Assembly: GCA_024278985.1 (NCBI GenBank)
Contig: JAJRSC010000015.1
Coordinates: 1 to 64,000 of the forward strand
Source: an archaeon
Lineage (GTDB): Archaea > AGJL01 > Methanococci > Methanococcales > Methanocaldococcaceae
DNA: 64,000 bases
Direction: 5' to 3'
Every line of letters starts with the position of its first letter. Positions within the stretch are counted from its first letter, which is position 1. The notes beneath the pieces are model-generated. The model worked only from the letters and a program-made list of their open reading frames with translations. It made no database searches and had not been told where the DNA came from. Below are positions 32,761-43,821 of this stretch, one piece after another. Both the position numbers and the translations under genes were made by a program.

Positions 32761-33572
32761 ATGCTTGCTAAAAGAATAATCCCATGTTTAGATATAAAAA
32801 ATGGAAGAGTTGTTAAAGGAACTAAATTTTTAAACCTTAGGGATGCTGGAGACCCTGTTGAGTTGGCTGAATACTATGATAATGAAGGAGCTGATGAATT
32901 AGTATTTTTAGATATTACTGCATCATCAGAGAATAGAGACATATTAATTGATGTTGTAGAAAAAACTGCTGAAAAGGTATTTGTTCCTCTAACTGTTGGA
33001 GGGGGTATAAAGAGTATTGAAGATATAAGAAAGATTTTAAATGCTGGAGCTGATAAAGTTTCTATAAATACTGCAGCAGTAAAAAACCCAAATTTAATAA
33101 AAGAGGCAAGTGAAATTTTTGGTAGTCAATGTATAGTTGTAGCAATTGATGCAAAGAGACATTATGTTAATGAGGATGAATTAGATTTAACTTTTAAAAA
33201 CATTGTAAAGGTTGAAGATGGATATTGTTGGTTTGAAGTATATATATATGGAGGAAAAAAGGAACTGGAATAGATGCAATAAACTGGGCTAAAAAAGTTG
33301 AAGAATTAGGAGCTGGAGAAATATTACTAACAAGTATAGACAGAGATGGAACTAAGCAAGGTTATGATTTAGCTTTAATTAGGAGTATTGCCAAAACTGT
33401 AAAGTTACCTGTTATTGCAAGTGGAGGTTGTGGAAAGTTGGAGCATGTTTATCAGGCATTTATTAATGATGCAGATGCAGCTTTAATGGCGGGAATTTTA
33501 CATTATAAAGAATATACAATAAAAGAGATTAAAGATTACTGCAAAGAAAAAGGAATAATTATAAGGGATTAG
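32761..33572 (+). pseudogene. hisF: imidazole glycerol phosphate synthase cyclase subunit; 1-bp deletion in the A-run at ~33255-33260 as assembled
   Basis: [17 protein letters not shown]; shifted frame continues [15 protein letters not shown]...VIASGG. Confidence 0.93.
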
Positions 33573-33574
33573 CC

Positions 33575-34111
33575 TTGGATGATGAAGAATTTATTAGAGA
33601 AAAAGATATTCCTATGACCAAAGAAGAGATTAGGGCTATTTCATTATATAAATTGGAGTTAAATAAGAATGATATAGTTGTAGATGTTGGTTGTGGAACT
33701 GGGGCTATGAGTGTAGATATTGCAAAAAGAGTTAAAAAAGTCTATGCTATAGATGTTAATAAAAAGGCTATTGAATTAACTAAAAAAAATATTGAGAAAT
33801 TTAATATTAAAAACTGTGAAGTTATTCATGGAAATGCTAAAGAAATATTAAAAAACCTTAACTTTAATAAAGCCTTTATAGGAGGAACTAAAAATATAGA
33901 AGAAATATTAAAAATTTTAGTTCAAAATGATACTAAAATTATAGTTACAAATACAATTATCTTAGAAAATACTTTAAAAATTTTAAGTTTTTTAGAAAAT
34001 TTTTATGACTGTTCAGCAGTTTTAGTTAATATATCCTATTCAAAAAAAATAACTCCTGGGCATATGTTTTTATGTAGAAATCCTATAACTATTATAAAGG
34101 CGAAAAAATGA
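33575..34111 (+). CDS. cbiT: cobalt-precorrin-6B C15-methyltransferase (decarboxylating)
   Basis: PMTKEEIRA, DVGCGTG, FIGG, NPI.I. Confidence 0.9.
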   Translation: MDDEEFIREKDIPMTKEEIRAISLYKLELNKNDIVVDVGCGTGAMSVDIAKRVKKVYAIDVNKKAIELTKKNIEKFNIKNCEVIHGNAKEILKNLNFNKAFIGGTKNIEEILKILVQNDTKIIVTNTIILENTLKILSFLENFYDCSAVLVNISYSKKITPGHMFLCRNPITIIKAKK

Positions 34112-34452
34112 GTCTTATTCAAATTGTTGGATTAATATTTTGTATTTTTATGCTTATTAATTCAATAGTTAAAACAAAAAGAAGAGAAATATCTATTTTT
34201 GAAGGGTTTATTTGGAGTTTAGTTTGGATTATTGCTTTAATACTTATATCCTATCCTAATTATATGAGTGATTTAGCAGAATATTTTGGAGTTGGGAGAG
34301 GTATAGATGTTGTTATTTATTTATCAATAATTATTTTATTTTATTTAGTTTATAAATTGTATGCTAAAATAGATAAATTGGAAAGAGAAATTACTCTATT
34401 AGTTAGAGAAATAGCAATAAGGGATAGATATGAACCAAAAAAGAGAAATTGA
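34108..34452 (+). CDS. DUF2304-family membrane protein
   Basis: 3 TMs, GVGRG.D, C-terminal IT.LVREIAI. Confidence 0.85.
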   Translation: MSLIQIVGLIFCIFMLINSIVKTKRREISIFEGFIWSLVWIIALILISYPNYMSDLAEYFGVGRGIDVVIYLSIIILFYLVYKLYAKIDKLEREITLLVREIAIRDRYEPKKRN

Positions 34453-34639
34453 ACTATTTCTATATGAAGTTTTACCTTATGTTTCAAATGTAGAGTTTAT
34501 AAAAGAGCTTATATTATCATGTAAAAATCTTGATGAGCTAAAGAAAAAAGTAGAAGAACTTTTAAAAAAAGAAACAGATATAACTAAAAAAACAGATTTA
34601 AAAATAGTTTTAGATAAGTTAATGGTGTATAAACAATGA
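34430..34639 (+). CDS. small helical hypothetical protein
   Basis: Overlaps both neighbours in an operon-like arrangement; typical codon usage. Confidence 0.65.
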   Translation: MNQKREIELFLYEVLPYVSNVEFIKELILSCKNLDELKKKVEELLKKETDITKKTDLKIVLDKLMVYKQ

Positions 34640-35229
34640 TAAAAATATTTTATGGTGTTGGTTGGAGCTCAAATACCTATTTAATTGATAATATCATTAT
34701 AGACCCTGGAACTGAGGAAAATGTTAATTTTATTTTAGATAATGTTAAAAAAGTAGATTTTATTATTAATACACACTGTCATTATGACCATACCTCAGGA
34801 AATTATATTTTAGAGGAAATTTTTGGATGTCCTACTATAATTCATGATAGAGAAGTTAAGCATTTAAAAAATGCTGATGAAGTTACTGTATCCTATTTAT
34901 TTAACTCAAAATTAATACCACCAAAAGAAATAATTCCATTATCTGAAATTGTTGATGAGTTAAATTTTGAAATTATTGAAACTCCTGGCCATACTTATGG
35001 TTCTATATCATTAATATATAAAAATTATTTAATAACTGGAGATACTTTATTTTCTAATTCAATTGGAAGATGGGATTTTCCTACTGGAAATTTTGAAGAG
35101 CTAAAGAAATCAATTTATTTATTAGAAAATATTTCCTATAAAAAAGGAATTGATACAATTCTTCCAGGTCATGGAGAAATAGCTGATTTAAAAGCTTTTG
35201 AATATGCTAAAATATTCTTAGAGGGATAA
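34636..35229 (+). CDS. metallo-beta-lactamase-fold hydrolase (glyoxalase II-like)
   Basis: THCHYDH, TPGHT, GD.LF...GR.D, PGHG. Confidence 0.9.
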   Translation: MIKIFYGVGWSSNTYLIDNIIIDPGTEENVNFILDNVKKVDFIINTHCHYDHTSGNYILEEIFGCPTIIHDREVKHLKNADEVTVSYLFNSKLIPPKEIIPLSEIVDELNFEIIETPGHTYGSISLIYKNYLITGDTLFSNSIGRWDFPTGNFEELKKSIYLLENISYKKGIDTILPGHGEIADLKAFEYAKIFLEG

Positions 35230-35230
35230 A

Positions 35231-36040
35231 ATAAGACAAATAGCAATTTATGGGAAGGGGGGTATTGGAAAATCAACAACTGTATGTAATTTGGCAGCAG
35301 TTTTAGGAGAAAGATATAATGTTTTAGTTGTTGGATGTGACCCTAAAGCAGATTGTACTACTTTGTTAAGAGATGATGAAGAAATTCCAACAGTTTTAGA
35401 GTTATTAAAAGAAAAAAAAGATATTGATATAGATGATTTTATAGTTAAAGGATATAATGGTGTCTATTGTGTTGAGTCTGGAGGACCAAAACCAGGAGTT
35501 GGATGTGCTGGGAGAGGGATAATAGCAGTTAATAACTTATTAAAAAAGCTTAATGTATTTAAAAAATTAGATATAGATATAGTTATTTATGATGTTTTGG
35601 GAGATGTTGTATGTGGAGGTTTTGCTGTTCCATTAAGAGAGTTAAGTGAAGTTTATATAGTAACATCATCAGATTATATGGCCTTATATGCAGCTAATAA
35701 TATATGTAGAGGAATAAGGGAGATAAATAAGGCAAAACTTGGAGGAATAATTTACAATGTTAGGGGAGCATTTGATTATTATGATATTGTAGAGGAGTTT
35801 AGTAAAAAAATTAATTCTAAAATTATTGGAAAGATTCCCAACTCCTCTTTAATAGTCAAGGCAGAACTTTATGGTAAGACAGTTATTGAACTATATCCTG
35901 ATAGTGAAATAACTAAAAAATATGAAGAATTAGCTAAAAATATAATTAACAATAGAGATTATACTTTACCAAATCCTTTAACAAATAAAGAATTAAAAAC
36001 TATTAGTAAAAAAATAAAGGAAAAAATTAGTTCTCATTAA
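35231..36040 (+). CDS. cfbC: NifH-like protein, probably CfbC/NflH (coenzyme F430 biosynthesis reductase component); start appears as ATA
   Basis: In-frame (I)RQIAIYGKGGIGKST upstream of the called ORF, GCDPKAD, ESGGP.PGVGCAGRG, DVLGDVVCGGF; no nifDK nearby. Confidence 0.7.
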   Translation: MRQIAIYGKGGIGKSTTVCNLAAVLGERYNVLVVGCDPKADCTTLLRDDEEIPTVLELLKEKKDIDIDDFIVKGYNGVYCVESGGPKPGVGCAGRGIIAVNNLLKKLNVFKKLDIDIVIYDVLGDVVCGGFAVPLRELSEVYIVTSSDYMALYAANNICRGIREINKAKLGGIIYNVRGAFDYYDIVEEFSKKINSKIIGKIPNSSLIVKAELYGKTVIELYPDSEITKKYEELAKNIINNRDYTLPNPLTNKELKTISKKIKEKISSH

Positions 36041-36812
36041 ATATAGCTCTATATAATTCTAAATTATATTTTTTTGCTGTTTCATAGGCATCTATAATAC
36101 TCCAAATCCATACAGCTAAGCATATAATAGTTCCAATGCAAATAAATGTTAATAGCACTCCAATTAAAAATAAAACTATCATTAAAACCCCTTTTCCAGT
36201 ATCACCTAAGTATATCTGTCCTAATCCAGGTATTAAAAAGGATAGAATAATTGCCAATACTTCATTCTTTTTATATTGTTCATATAATAATTTTTTTTCT
36301 TCTAAACTTTTATCTTTTGCCAATTTTTTTATTTCATCTATTTCCATACTTTCACTCTTTATAAAACTAAAAAATATAGGAACAATATAAAATACTATAG
36401 TAAAGCCAAATATAAATCCAGTAATGAATCTTAGAGTATTAAAACTCTCTCTTAATCCTAATAGCTGGGTACCTCCATCCAAACCTATAGGAATTAATGA
36501 TAATATTAAATATTTTTTATTTGGTATTTTAAAATTATTTAAACCTTTAATAATAGGATATAAAATATATCCTAACAAAAATCCAGTATATATTCCAAAA
36601 CATCTTGCACATACAGCCATTTTATACCCTAAAATAAAATAACTTCTTTCTGGCATTTGATGACATACATGAGAGTATAGATAATATAATAAATTAGAGA
36701 GAAAATCATAATTATAATATTTAAATATTGGAGCTAAAAATATACCTAAGTAATAAAAAATGTATAATAATAAAAAAACAAGATAAAGTTTATCTATTTT
36801 TGATAACTGCAT
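36027..36812 (-). CDS. DUF2085 membrane protein fused to a C-terminal TM2-domain protein
   Basis: CHQ.PERS....MAVCARC.G.Y.G, DG.TQ..G.RES.N.LR..TG, then LSFLIPGLGQIYLG. Confidence 0.8.
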   Translation of the reverse strand: MQLSKIDKLYLVFLLLYIFYYLGIFLAPIFKYYNYDFLSNLLYYLYSHVCHQMPERSYFILGYKMAVCARCFGIYTGFLLGYILYPIIKGLNNFKIPNKKYLILSLIPIGLDGGTQLLGLRESFNTLRFITGFIFGFTIVFYIVPIFFSFIKSESMEIDEIKKLAKDKSLEEKKLLYEQYKKNEVLAIILSFLIPGLGQIYLGDTGKGVLMIVLFLIGVLLTFICIGTIICLAVWIWSIIDAYETAKKYNLELYRAIFNEN

Positions 36813-37173
36813 ATATTACTCCACCAACAGCTCCAAGGATTCCTCCAATTATTATACTAAATATAATTCCTATTATAAAGAAACCAGCAGCAAATCCATA
36901 CATAAACATATCTGAGTGGATAATTTTAGACATTGCTATTATATAATTTAAAATACCTCCCAAAAAACCACCAAATAGCCCTGCTAAACATCCAATAAAA
37001 GCAGAATTTTCATAATTAATAAATCCACCATTTTTTTTATATAAATAAACTGCTACAATTCCGCCTGCTAAACTACCTAAACAACATAAAACATTTACTG
37101 CAGTTCCTACAATTCCCCCAACTATAATAGGTAGAGATATTTTATCTTTATCAAATTTTACCAAAATAGACAC
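36790..37173 (-). CDS. Gly-rich multi-TM membrane protein (DUF5518-like)
   Basis: Four Gly-rich hydrophobic segments. Confidence 0.6.
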   Translation of the reverse strand: MSILVKFDKDKISLPIIVGGIVGTAVNVLCCLGSLAGGIVAVYLYKKNGGFINYENSAFIGCLAGLFGGFLGGILNYIIAMSKIIHSDMFMYGFAAGFFIIGIIFSIIIGGILGAVGGVIYAVIKNR

Positions 37174-37287
37174 CTTATTATTTTATAATTATATGTAAAA
37201 TAGTTAATAATTATTTAAAAACTTAACCATTAATTATTAATTAATGATATATATTAAATTATCTTATATAAGATGTTAGGGGATTTT

Positions 37288-38157
37288 ATGGAATTAACAG
37301 TTATTCAAAGAGAAATCTTACAAGAATTAATAAACCTATATAAAGAAAAAAATAGACCTATAAAAGGAACGGAAATTGCTTTAAGATTAAATAGAAATCC
37401 TGGAACTATAAGAAATCAAATGCAATCATTAAGAGCTTTGGACTTAGTTGATGGAGTTCCTGGACCAAAAGGTGGCTATGTTCCAACAAGTAAGGCCTAT
37501 AGAGTTTTAGGAATTGAAGATGAGGGAGGTATTATAGTCCCTATTTATAAAAATGGGAAAAAAGTTGATGGTATAAAAGTTGTTAAGATAGAATTTGATA
37601 CTGTTAGTTATGAAAAATGTTGTTCATCAAAAATTTATATTGAAGGAGATTCTAAACTTTTTAATATAGGAGATATAATAAGAGTTGGTCCAACATATCA
37701 TAACAAGATTATAATATATGGTAAGATAATAGGAAGAGATGATATACATAGAATACTATTAATTGATGTATTTAGAGTTTGTAGTATTCCAAATGTTAGA
37801 GTTAAGGATATTGGAACAAAGAATGTTATTTCAGTATCTCCAAAAAATACACTTAGAGAGACAGTTAAGATTTTTAAGGAATATGACATAAGTGGAGCTC
37901 CTGTTGTAGAGAATAATAAATTAGTAGGGATAATAACTTTAAGAGACATTATAAATAATATAGATGACTTAAGTAGATATGTCTCAGAGGTTATGACTAA
38001 AAAAGTTATTACTATAAATAAAGATGAAAAAATATATAATGCTTTAAAGATTATGAACTCTAATAATATTGGAAGGTTACCTATAGTTGAGGAGGGTAAA
38101 ATTATTGGAATTGTAACAAGAACTGATATTTTAAAAATATTAAGTGGGGAGGTATAG
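37288..38157 (+). CDS. HrcA-type HTH transcriptional regulator with C-terminal CBS domains
   Basis: RNPGTIRNQMQ.L..L.LV.GVPGPKGGY plus a CBS pair. Confidence 0.88.
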   Translation: MELTVIQREILQELINLYKEKNRPIKGTEIALRLNRNPGTIRNQMQSLRALDLVDGVPGPKGGYVPTSKAYRVLGIEDEGGIIVPIYKNGKKVDGIKVVKIEFDTVSYEKCCSSKIYIEGDSKLFNIGDIIRVGPTYHNKIIIYGKIIGRDDIHRILLIDVFRVCSIPNVRVKDIGTKNVISVSPKNTLRETVKIFKEYDISGAPVVENNKLVGIITLRDIINNIDDLSRYVSEVMTKKVITINKDEKIYNALKIMNSNNIGRLPIVEEGKIIGIVTRTDILKILSGEV

Positions 38158-38760
38158 GCAAACTGTAAGATATGAAAAATCTTTATTAACAATATCCTTT
38201 AATTTTAGTTTTCTAATTCTTTCATTATCATATGTAAGATTTTCAAGTACATACAAGTAGATATTTTCATTAACACCTAAGGAAATTAGTTTTTTTGCAT
38301 CCTCATTTAATTTATTTGGTAAAAAAATAACTTTTTTATTATTTTTTAATAGAATAGATAATATTTCCAAATTTTCTGGTTTTCCATGTAAGGTAATAAT
38401 TTCAAAATCTTCCCAAGAAATTTTCAATTTTGCAGCAGCTACTTGTATAGACGAAATCCCTGGAATAACTTCAATATTATTTAAATCTATTCCAATTTTT
38501 TTTATAGTTTTTAATAAACCACTAAATCCAGGGTCTCCAGTTGATAAAATTGCTATATTTTTATCTTTATATTTTTTTATAATATCCTTTAATTCCTCAA
38601 TAATATTTTTTCCCAGAATAATTTTTTTCTTGTCATCTATATCAAAAAGATTCAAAGCTCTTTTACTACCAACTACAATATCAGCAGAATTTATAATGTC
38701 TATTGCTTTTAAAGTTAAATATTTCTTATCTCCAGGCCCAATTCCAACAATATATATCAT
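38140..38760 (-). CDS. cbiE: cobalt-precorrin-7 C5-methyltransferase
   Basis: IVGIGPG, STGDP..SG, IPGISS.Q, LHG, ENL....ERI. Confidence 0.9.
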   Translation of the reverse strand: MIYIVGIGPGDKKYLTLKAIDIINSADIVVGSKRALNLFDIDDKKKIILGKNIIEELKDIIKKYKDKNIAILSTGDPGFSGLLKTIKKIGIDLNNIEVIPGISSIQVAAAKLKISWEDFEIITLHGKPENLEILSILLKNNKKVIFLPNKLNEDAKKLISLGVNENIYLYVLENLTYDNERIRKLKLKDIVNKDFSYLTVCLYLPT

Positions 38761-38849
38761 ATTTATAACCTCCAGTTTTTTTAGGTTAATATTATATATA
38801 TAACATTAACTACATAACAATAGTAATTTATTACTCAAAAGGTGAAATA

Positions 38850-39695
38850 TTGTTAAGAGGAAAAGATGCAACATTAGCAGGAATAATAAGAGTAATTATA
38901 GAAGATGAGCCACAAACACAGGATGAAATAGCTGAAAAATTAGGAATTAGTAGAAGATATGTAGCAAGATTATTAAAGCCATTAATTGAAGAGGGAATAG
39001 TTAAGCATCCATATGTTGTAGATATGAATAAACTACATAGGACAAATTTAAAATTTGATGATGAACTTCTATTAAAGGAAATTATAAAGCTATTAAAAGA
39101 AATGAAAAATACAATAGTTAACAATTTAGATTTAGTCTATAAGGCATTAACTGAAAATAATACAAAATTAGCTGAAGAAATTATTTTAAAAGATTACTCT
39201 TTAAATAAGATGGAAGAGGAGATAAGATTACTTTTAAATACAAGTGCATTAAAATATCTACCATTAGCTTATGCAAATGCATTTTTATCCATTGCTTCAA
39301 ATTTAGAAAGATTAGGAGATTATATTGCTAATATAGCAGAGGAAATTGTTAAAGGTTTTAAAATTAATAATTTTATAGAAGAGGAAATTACTGAAATTTT
39401 TAATATTTTAAAGTGTATGATTAATGAAGCTATAGATGTAATTACTGAAAAAAAGAAAGAAACTAAGATTTATGAGTATGAAGAAAAACTACATCATTTA
39501 TTAAATAAGATTTTAAATAAAGTTCTTAACAATAAAATTGATGACTTAAACTTTTATATTTTATTTGGTATGTTTTTAAAGGATGTTGAAAGATTTGGGG
39601 ATAGATGTGTTAATATTGTTGAGATAGCTTTAGAACTATATCATAACATCCCAAGAAAACCATATCCAGAGAGATTAGTTAGAGGGCATATATGA
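38850..39695 (+). CDS. HTH-PhoU domain regulator
   Basis: [19 protein letters not shown] and two PhoU-like LER.GD motifs. Confidence 0.85.
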   Translation: MLRGKDATLAGIIRVIIEDEPQTQDEIAEKLGISRRYVARLLKPLIEEGIVKHPYVVDMNKLHRTNLKFDDELLLKEIIKLLKEMKNTIVNNLDLVYKALTENNTKLAEEIILKDYSLNKMEEEIRLLLNTSALKYLPLAYANAFLSIASNLERLGDYIANIAEEIVKGFKINNFIEEEITEIFNILKCMINEAIDVITEKKKETKIYEYEEKLHHLLNKILNKVLNNKIDDLNFYILFGMFLKDVERFGDRCVNIVEIALELYHNIPRKPYPERLVRGHI

Positions 39696-40312
39696 GAGAG
39701 TTTATTTTTAAAGCAAATAAAACAATAACATCTCCAAATATTAATTTAAAAGACCTACCTGGAAGTTGTGGAAGGTTAGATTTAGTTTGTAGATGTGTAA
39801 GTGATGCCTTTTTTTTGTCTCATGATATTAGAAGAGATGTTATATTTTATGCTCTTCTTTATGGAGAACCAAATCCACCAGTATGTATTAAATTTGTTGG
39901 TGAAGAATTAAAAAAGGTTTCACCTGATGAGAGAAGTATAGCAATATTTATAAAGAAGGCACTAAAAAAATATTTAGATGAGAATAAAAAAGATGATTGG
40001 ATAGAATCAACACCTGGAATTTATGTAAGAAAGTTGGATTTTGAGACACTTATAAAACAAAAAATTATAGAAAATAAAGATGTTATCTATTTACATAAAA
40101 GTGGAGAAAAAGTTATTAGCAATCTAAAATATGAGAATCCTGTATTTATACTTGGAGACCATATAGGACTATCCAAGGAAGATGAAGAATTATTAAATTC
40201 ATTAAATATTAAAAAAATCTCAATATCTCCATTAGAATTACATGCAAATCATTGTATTACAATAGTACATAATTTATTAGATAAAACTAAGTTTTGGGGA
40301 GGTATATTATGA
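39692..40312 (+). CDS. trmY: tRNA pseudouridine(54) N1-methyltransferase
   Basis: DLPG..GRLD..CR, PDERS, FILGDH.G, LHA.HCI. Confidence 0.92.
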   Translation: MREFIFKANKTITSPNINLKDLPGSCGRLDLVCRCVSDAFFLSHDIRRDVIFYALLYGEPNPPVCIKFVGEELKKVSPDERSIAIFIKKALKKYLDENKKDDWIESTPGIYVRKLDFETLIKQKIIENKDVIYLHKSGEKVISNLKYENPVFILGDHIGLSKEDEELLNSLNIKKISISPLELHANHCITIVHNLLDKTKFWGGIL

Positions 40313-41022
40313 GTGAAATTCTTGCAACTTTTACAGGTAGAGGGATAAAATTAACAGATGATTTATTAGAGAAACCTTTTATAAAATGGGATAATTTAGA
40401 GATAAAATTGTATCCTGATAAAATTGAATTTGATTTAAATAATATAATATTTGATTATCCTATTGAGAATATTGTAGATATTGGTAGAAAACTACCTAAA
40501 GAAATAATTGATAAATCTAAATTTTTCTCTGGAACTATTGAAATATATAGTACTATAACAGTTTTGGAAAATAATGAAGAAGAGACTACTTTTGCATTTT
40601 CTCCAGAAACTAATATTTATGGAAAAAAACCTATTGAGACATTTTTAAGAAAATTATTTCAACTATTGTTAGAAGACAAAGAGGTATTTTTTAAAATTGA
40701 AAATGATGATTGGAAAAAGGGAACTCTTAAATTTGTAACAGAAAAGATTAAAGAGAATTTTATTATAAAATATGTGAATAAATTAGTTGTTCAATATAAT
40801 AATGAAAATTATGATTTATTTACAAATATTAAAAATCTTTTAATTGTAGAACATAATGTCTTAGGAGAAAATAGGCCTACATTGGAGATATTACAAAAAG
40901 TAAATGGAAAAAAAAGAAAAGTATATTTATATATGGAAGATAAAAAAATAAAATTATTTTTATTAAGATACTTATAGGAAATTTTAGATTATAAATTTGA
41001 AATAATTGAATATTTAGGGTGA
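40309..41022 (+). CDS. CheF/DUF439-like protein; TAG at 40975-40977 may be premature (frame stays open to 41022)
   Basis: Tandem PH-like beta pattern (W...EI.L...I.F, I.DIG, W.KG.L); extension ends on the RBS of the next gene. Confidence 0.5.
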
Positions 41023-41027
41023 GTATT

Positions 41028-41285
41028 ATGGATATTAAAGTTGGAGATTATGTAGTTTATATAAATACAGGTACTAAAGGAAGAGTTGTAGATATAAAAG
41101 AAATAGATGGAGAAATTTGGGTTGTATTAGATAATGATTTAATGTATAAACCATATTTATTAAGAAAAATTAATAAAAAAGAGGATTATGATAAAGATAA
41201 AGATGAAGATTATAAAGAATTAGTTAAGGAAGAAGATGAAAAATATGATATTCAAGACTTTGGGGATGCTTGTGGAGCTGGATAG
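41028..41285 (+). CDS. DUF2098-family protein
   Basis: VG..V.Y.NTGT.G.V, W..LD..L.Y and C-terminal CGAG. Confidence 0.8.
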   Translation: MDIKVGDYVVYINTGTKGRVVDIKEIDGEIWVVLDNDLMYKPYLLRKINKKEDYDKDKDEDYKELVKEEDEKYDIQDFGDACGAG

Positions 41286-42333
41286 AATTAAAAAGGCACA
41301 ATCTATTATTTTAAAAATTTTAAAAGAAAAAGGTAGAGATAAATTATATGATTTAAGTGGATTATCTGGTGGTTTTTTAATAAAAAGAGAAGATAAAGAT
41401 TTATTAAATACCTATATTTGTAGTGCATACTTTTCTGAAAAGGTTAAGGAACTTGGTTTAAAACATCTTGGTGGAGAGGAATGTGTAGGATTTAATAGAA
41501 CAAGTTCAGCTATTTTATCAACAATCTTAACATTAAAACCAAAAAAGGTAGTTCATTATCTTCCAGAACTTCCAGGACATCCTTCAATATTGAGAAGTTG
41601 TAAGTTAGTCAATGCAGAATATTTTGAATCTAATAATATAAATGAAATATTAAAAAGAATTGATAAAGATACCTTAACAATAATTACTGGCGCTACAATG
41701 GATTTAAAGGTTATTGACTTAAACAATTTTAAAATAGTTATTAAGAAAGCTAAAGAAGAAAATAGTATTATCTTTGTAGATGATGCCTCTGGAGCAAGGG
41801 TAAGATTATTATACAATCAACCAAGAGCTTTAGATTTAGGGGCTGATTTAGTTGTTACAAGTACAGACAAACTAATGGATGGTCCAAGAGGAGGATTATT
41901 ATCTGGAAAAAAGGAATTAGTTGAAAAAATTTATGAAACAGGATTAAAATATGGTTTAGAAGCTCAACCTCCTATATTGGCAGGAATGTATAGAGCATTG
42001 GAAAATTTTAGTTTAGAAAGATTAAAAAAAGCTTTTGAGAGGGCTAAAAATATAGACCTATCTAAGTTAGATGAACTAAATATAAAATATGAAAAAACAC
42101 CTACTGGATTTGTTATAAAAAAAATTGTTGATAATGATGAAGAAAATTTAAAAAAATTGGTTAATACTGCTTTATATCTTTTAGAATATTATGGTATCAT
42201 AACTATAACTGCCCTTGGAGCTCCAGGAGCAAGTAAAAGTTTAAGAATAGATTTAACTTCAAAAGATGCAGAAAGATTAGATGATGAATATATTGTAAAT
42301 GCAGTATATGAAAGTATTATAAAAGTTAGGTGA
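41266..42333 (+). CDS. PLP-dependent enzyme, SelA-like (MJ0158/TIGR03576-type)
   Basis: [33 protein letters not shown]. Confidence 0.85.
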   Translation: MLVELDRIKKAQSIILKILKEKGRDKLYDLSGLSGGFLIKREDKDLLNTYICSAYFSEKVKELGLKHLGGEECVGFNRTSSAILSTILTLKPKKVVHYLPELPGHPSILRSCKLVNAEYFESNNINEILKRIDKDTLTIITGATMDLKVIDLNNFKIVIKKAKEENSIIFVDDASGARVRLLYNQPRALDLGADLVVTSTDKLMDGPRGGLLSGKKELVEKIYETGLKYGLEAQPPILAGMYRALENFSLERLKKAFERAKNIDLSKLDELNIKYEKTPTGFVIKKIVDNDEENLKKLVNTALYLLEYYGIITITALGAPGASKSLRIDLTSKDAERLDDEYIVNAVYESIIKVR

Positions 42334-42339
42334 GTGTAA

Positions 42340-42993
42340 ATGCATATTGTTGGAGTTTTAGAAATAGCAAAAGATATTTTAAAGGCAAATAAAAGATTAG
42401 CAGAAAAAAATAGAAAACTATTAGATAAATACAATGTTAAGGCATTTGATTTTTCTGGAGCTATAGGAAGTGGAAAAACACTACTAATAGAAAAACTAAT
42501 AGATGAACTAAAAAACAACTATAGAATTGCATGTATTGCTGGTGATGTTATTGCTAAATATGATGCTGAAAGATTAGAAAAAAAAGGTGTTAAAGTTATT
42601 CCTTTAAATACTGGAAAAGAGTGTCACTTAGATGCTCATTTAGTATCTCATGCATTGGAAGAGTTAAATTTAGAAGACATAGATATTTTATTTATTGAAA
42701 ATGTTGGTAATTTAATATGTCCTACAGACTTTGATTTAGGAGCACATAAAAGAATATTAGTAGTTTCTACTACTGAAGGAGATGATATAATTATTAAACA
42801 TCCTGATATTGTTAGAAGTTCAGATTTAATAATAATTAATAAAATAGATTTAGCTGAATATGTTGGAGTTGATGTAGATAAGATGGTTAAAGATGCTAAG
42901 GAAATAAATCCTAATGCTGAAGTTATAAAATTAAGTTTAAAAACTATGGAGAACTTTGATAAAGTTAAAGATTATATTTTAAAGAACTTATAA
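42340..42993 (+). CDS. hypB: hydrogenase nickel incorporation GTPase
   Basis: GSGKT, CHLDAH, ENVGNLICP, EGDD, NKID. Confidence 0.95.
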   Translation: MHIVGVLEIAKDILKANKRLAEKNRKLLDKYNVKAFDFSGAIGSGKTLLIEKLIDELKNNYRIACIAGDVIAKYDAERLEKKGVKVIPLNTGKECHLDAHLVSHALEELNLEDIDILFIENVGNLICPTDFDLGAHKRILVVSTTEGDDIIIKHPDIVRSSDLIIINKIDLAEYVGVDVDKMVKDAKEINPNAEVIKLSLKTMENFDKVKDYILKNL

Positions 42994-42994
42994 A

Positions 42995-43813
42995 TTATTT
43001 CACTATTTTATGTTTATCTATTAATTTATGAATTTCTTCAGAAAATTCAGATTTTTCTCTATCAACAAACTCTCCAACAATTATTTTTCCTTTTAGTTCT
43101 TCCTCACTCATATTTTTAGCTTTGTTTATATTTATTGAATTTTCTTTAATATATTTTAATAATTCAATATTATTTTTGAATTTATTTAATCTTCCAAAAT
43201 AAGTATAGCATTGAGAAACAACCTCAATAAAAGCAAATCCTTTTTTATTAATTCCTTTTTTAATACTTCTCACTAATTGAAAAGGATGTGCAGTTGTCCA
43301 TCTGGCTACATAACTTGCTCCAGCTGCTTCTGCTAACTTACATAAATCTAAAGGATTCTCAATATTTCCATATGGGGCAGTTGTAGCTACTTTTTCCTCT
43401 GGTGTTGTTGGGGAAACTTGTCCTCCAGTCATTCCATAAATGTAGTTATTTACACATATAACAGTTATATCTATATTTCTCCTACAGGCATGAATAAAAT
43501 GATTTCCTCCAATAGCTCCAGTATCTCCATCTCCAGTAAAACAGATAACGGTTAATTCTGGATTTGCTACTTTAATACCTGTTGCAAATGCTAAAGCTCT
43601 ACCATGGGTAGTATGTAAGGAATCTAAATAAAAATAACCTGGAATTCTTGAGGAACAACCAATTCCTGATGTTAAAACAACCTTATCTAAATCTAAATTT
43701 AATTCATCCATTGCTTTACATGTACAATTAATTATAATCCCTATTCCACAACCAGGACAAAAAATATGTGGTAGCCTATCTTTTCTTAAATATTTTAGTG
43801 CAAAATGTTCCAT
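42995..43813 (-). CDS. korB: 2-oxoglutarate:ferredoxin oxidoreductase beta subunit
   Basis: CPGCG, GIGCS, HGRA, GDGD..AIGGNH, GMTGGQ.SPT. Confidence 0.9.
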   Translation of the reverse strand: MEHFALKYLRKDRLPHIFCPGCGIGIIINCTCKAMDELNLDLDKVVLTSGIGCSSRIPGYFYLDSLHTTHGRALAFATGIKVANPELTVICFTGDGDTGAIGGNHFIHACRRNIDITVICVNNYIYGMTGGQVSPTTPEEKVATTAPYGNIENPLDLCKLAEAAGASYVARWTTAHPFQLVRSIKKGINKKGFAFIEVVSQCYTYFGRLNKFKNNIELLKYIKENSININKAKNMSEEELKGKIIVGEFVDREKSEFSEEIHKLIDKHKIVK

Positions 43814-43821
43814 TTTTTCAC

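Noticed and set aside
35231-36040. Nitrogen fixation
   Set aside because: No nifD/K/E/N or nifI nearby; the sequence fits a group IV NifH-like protein
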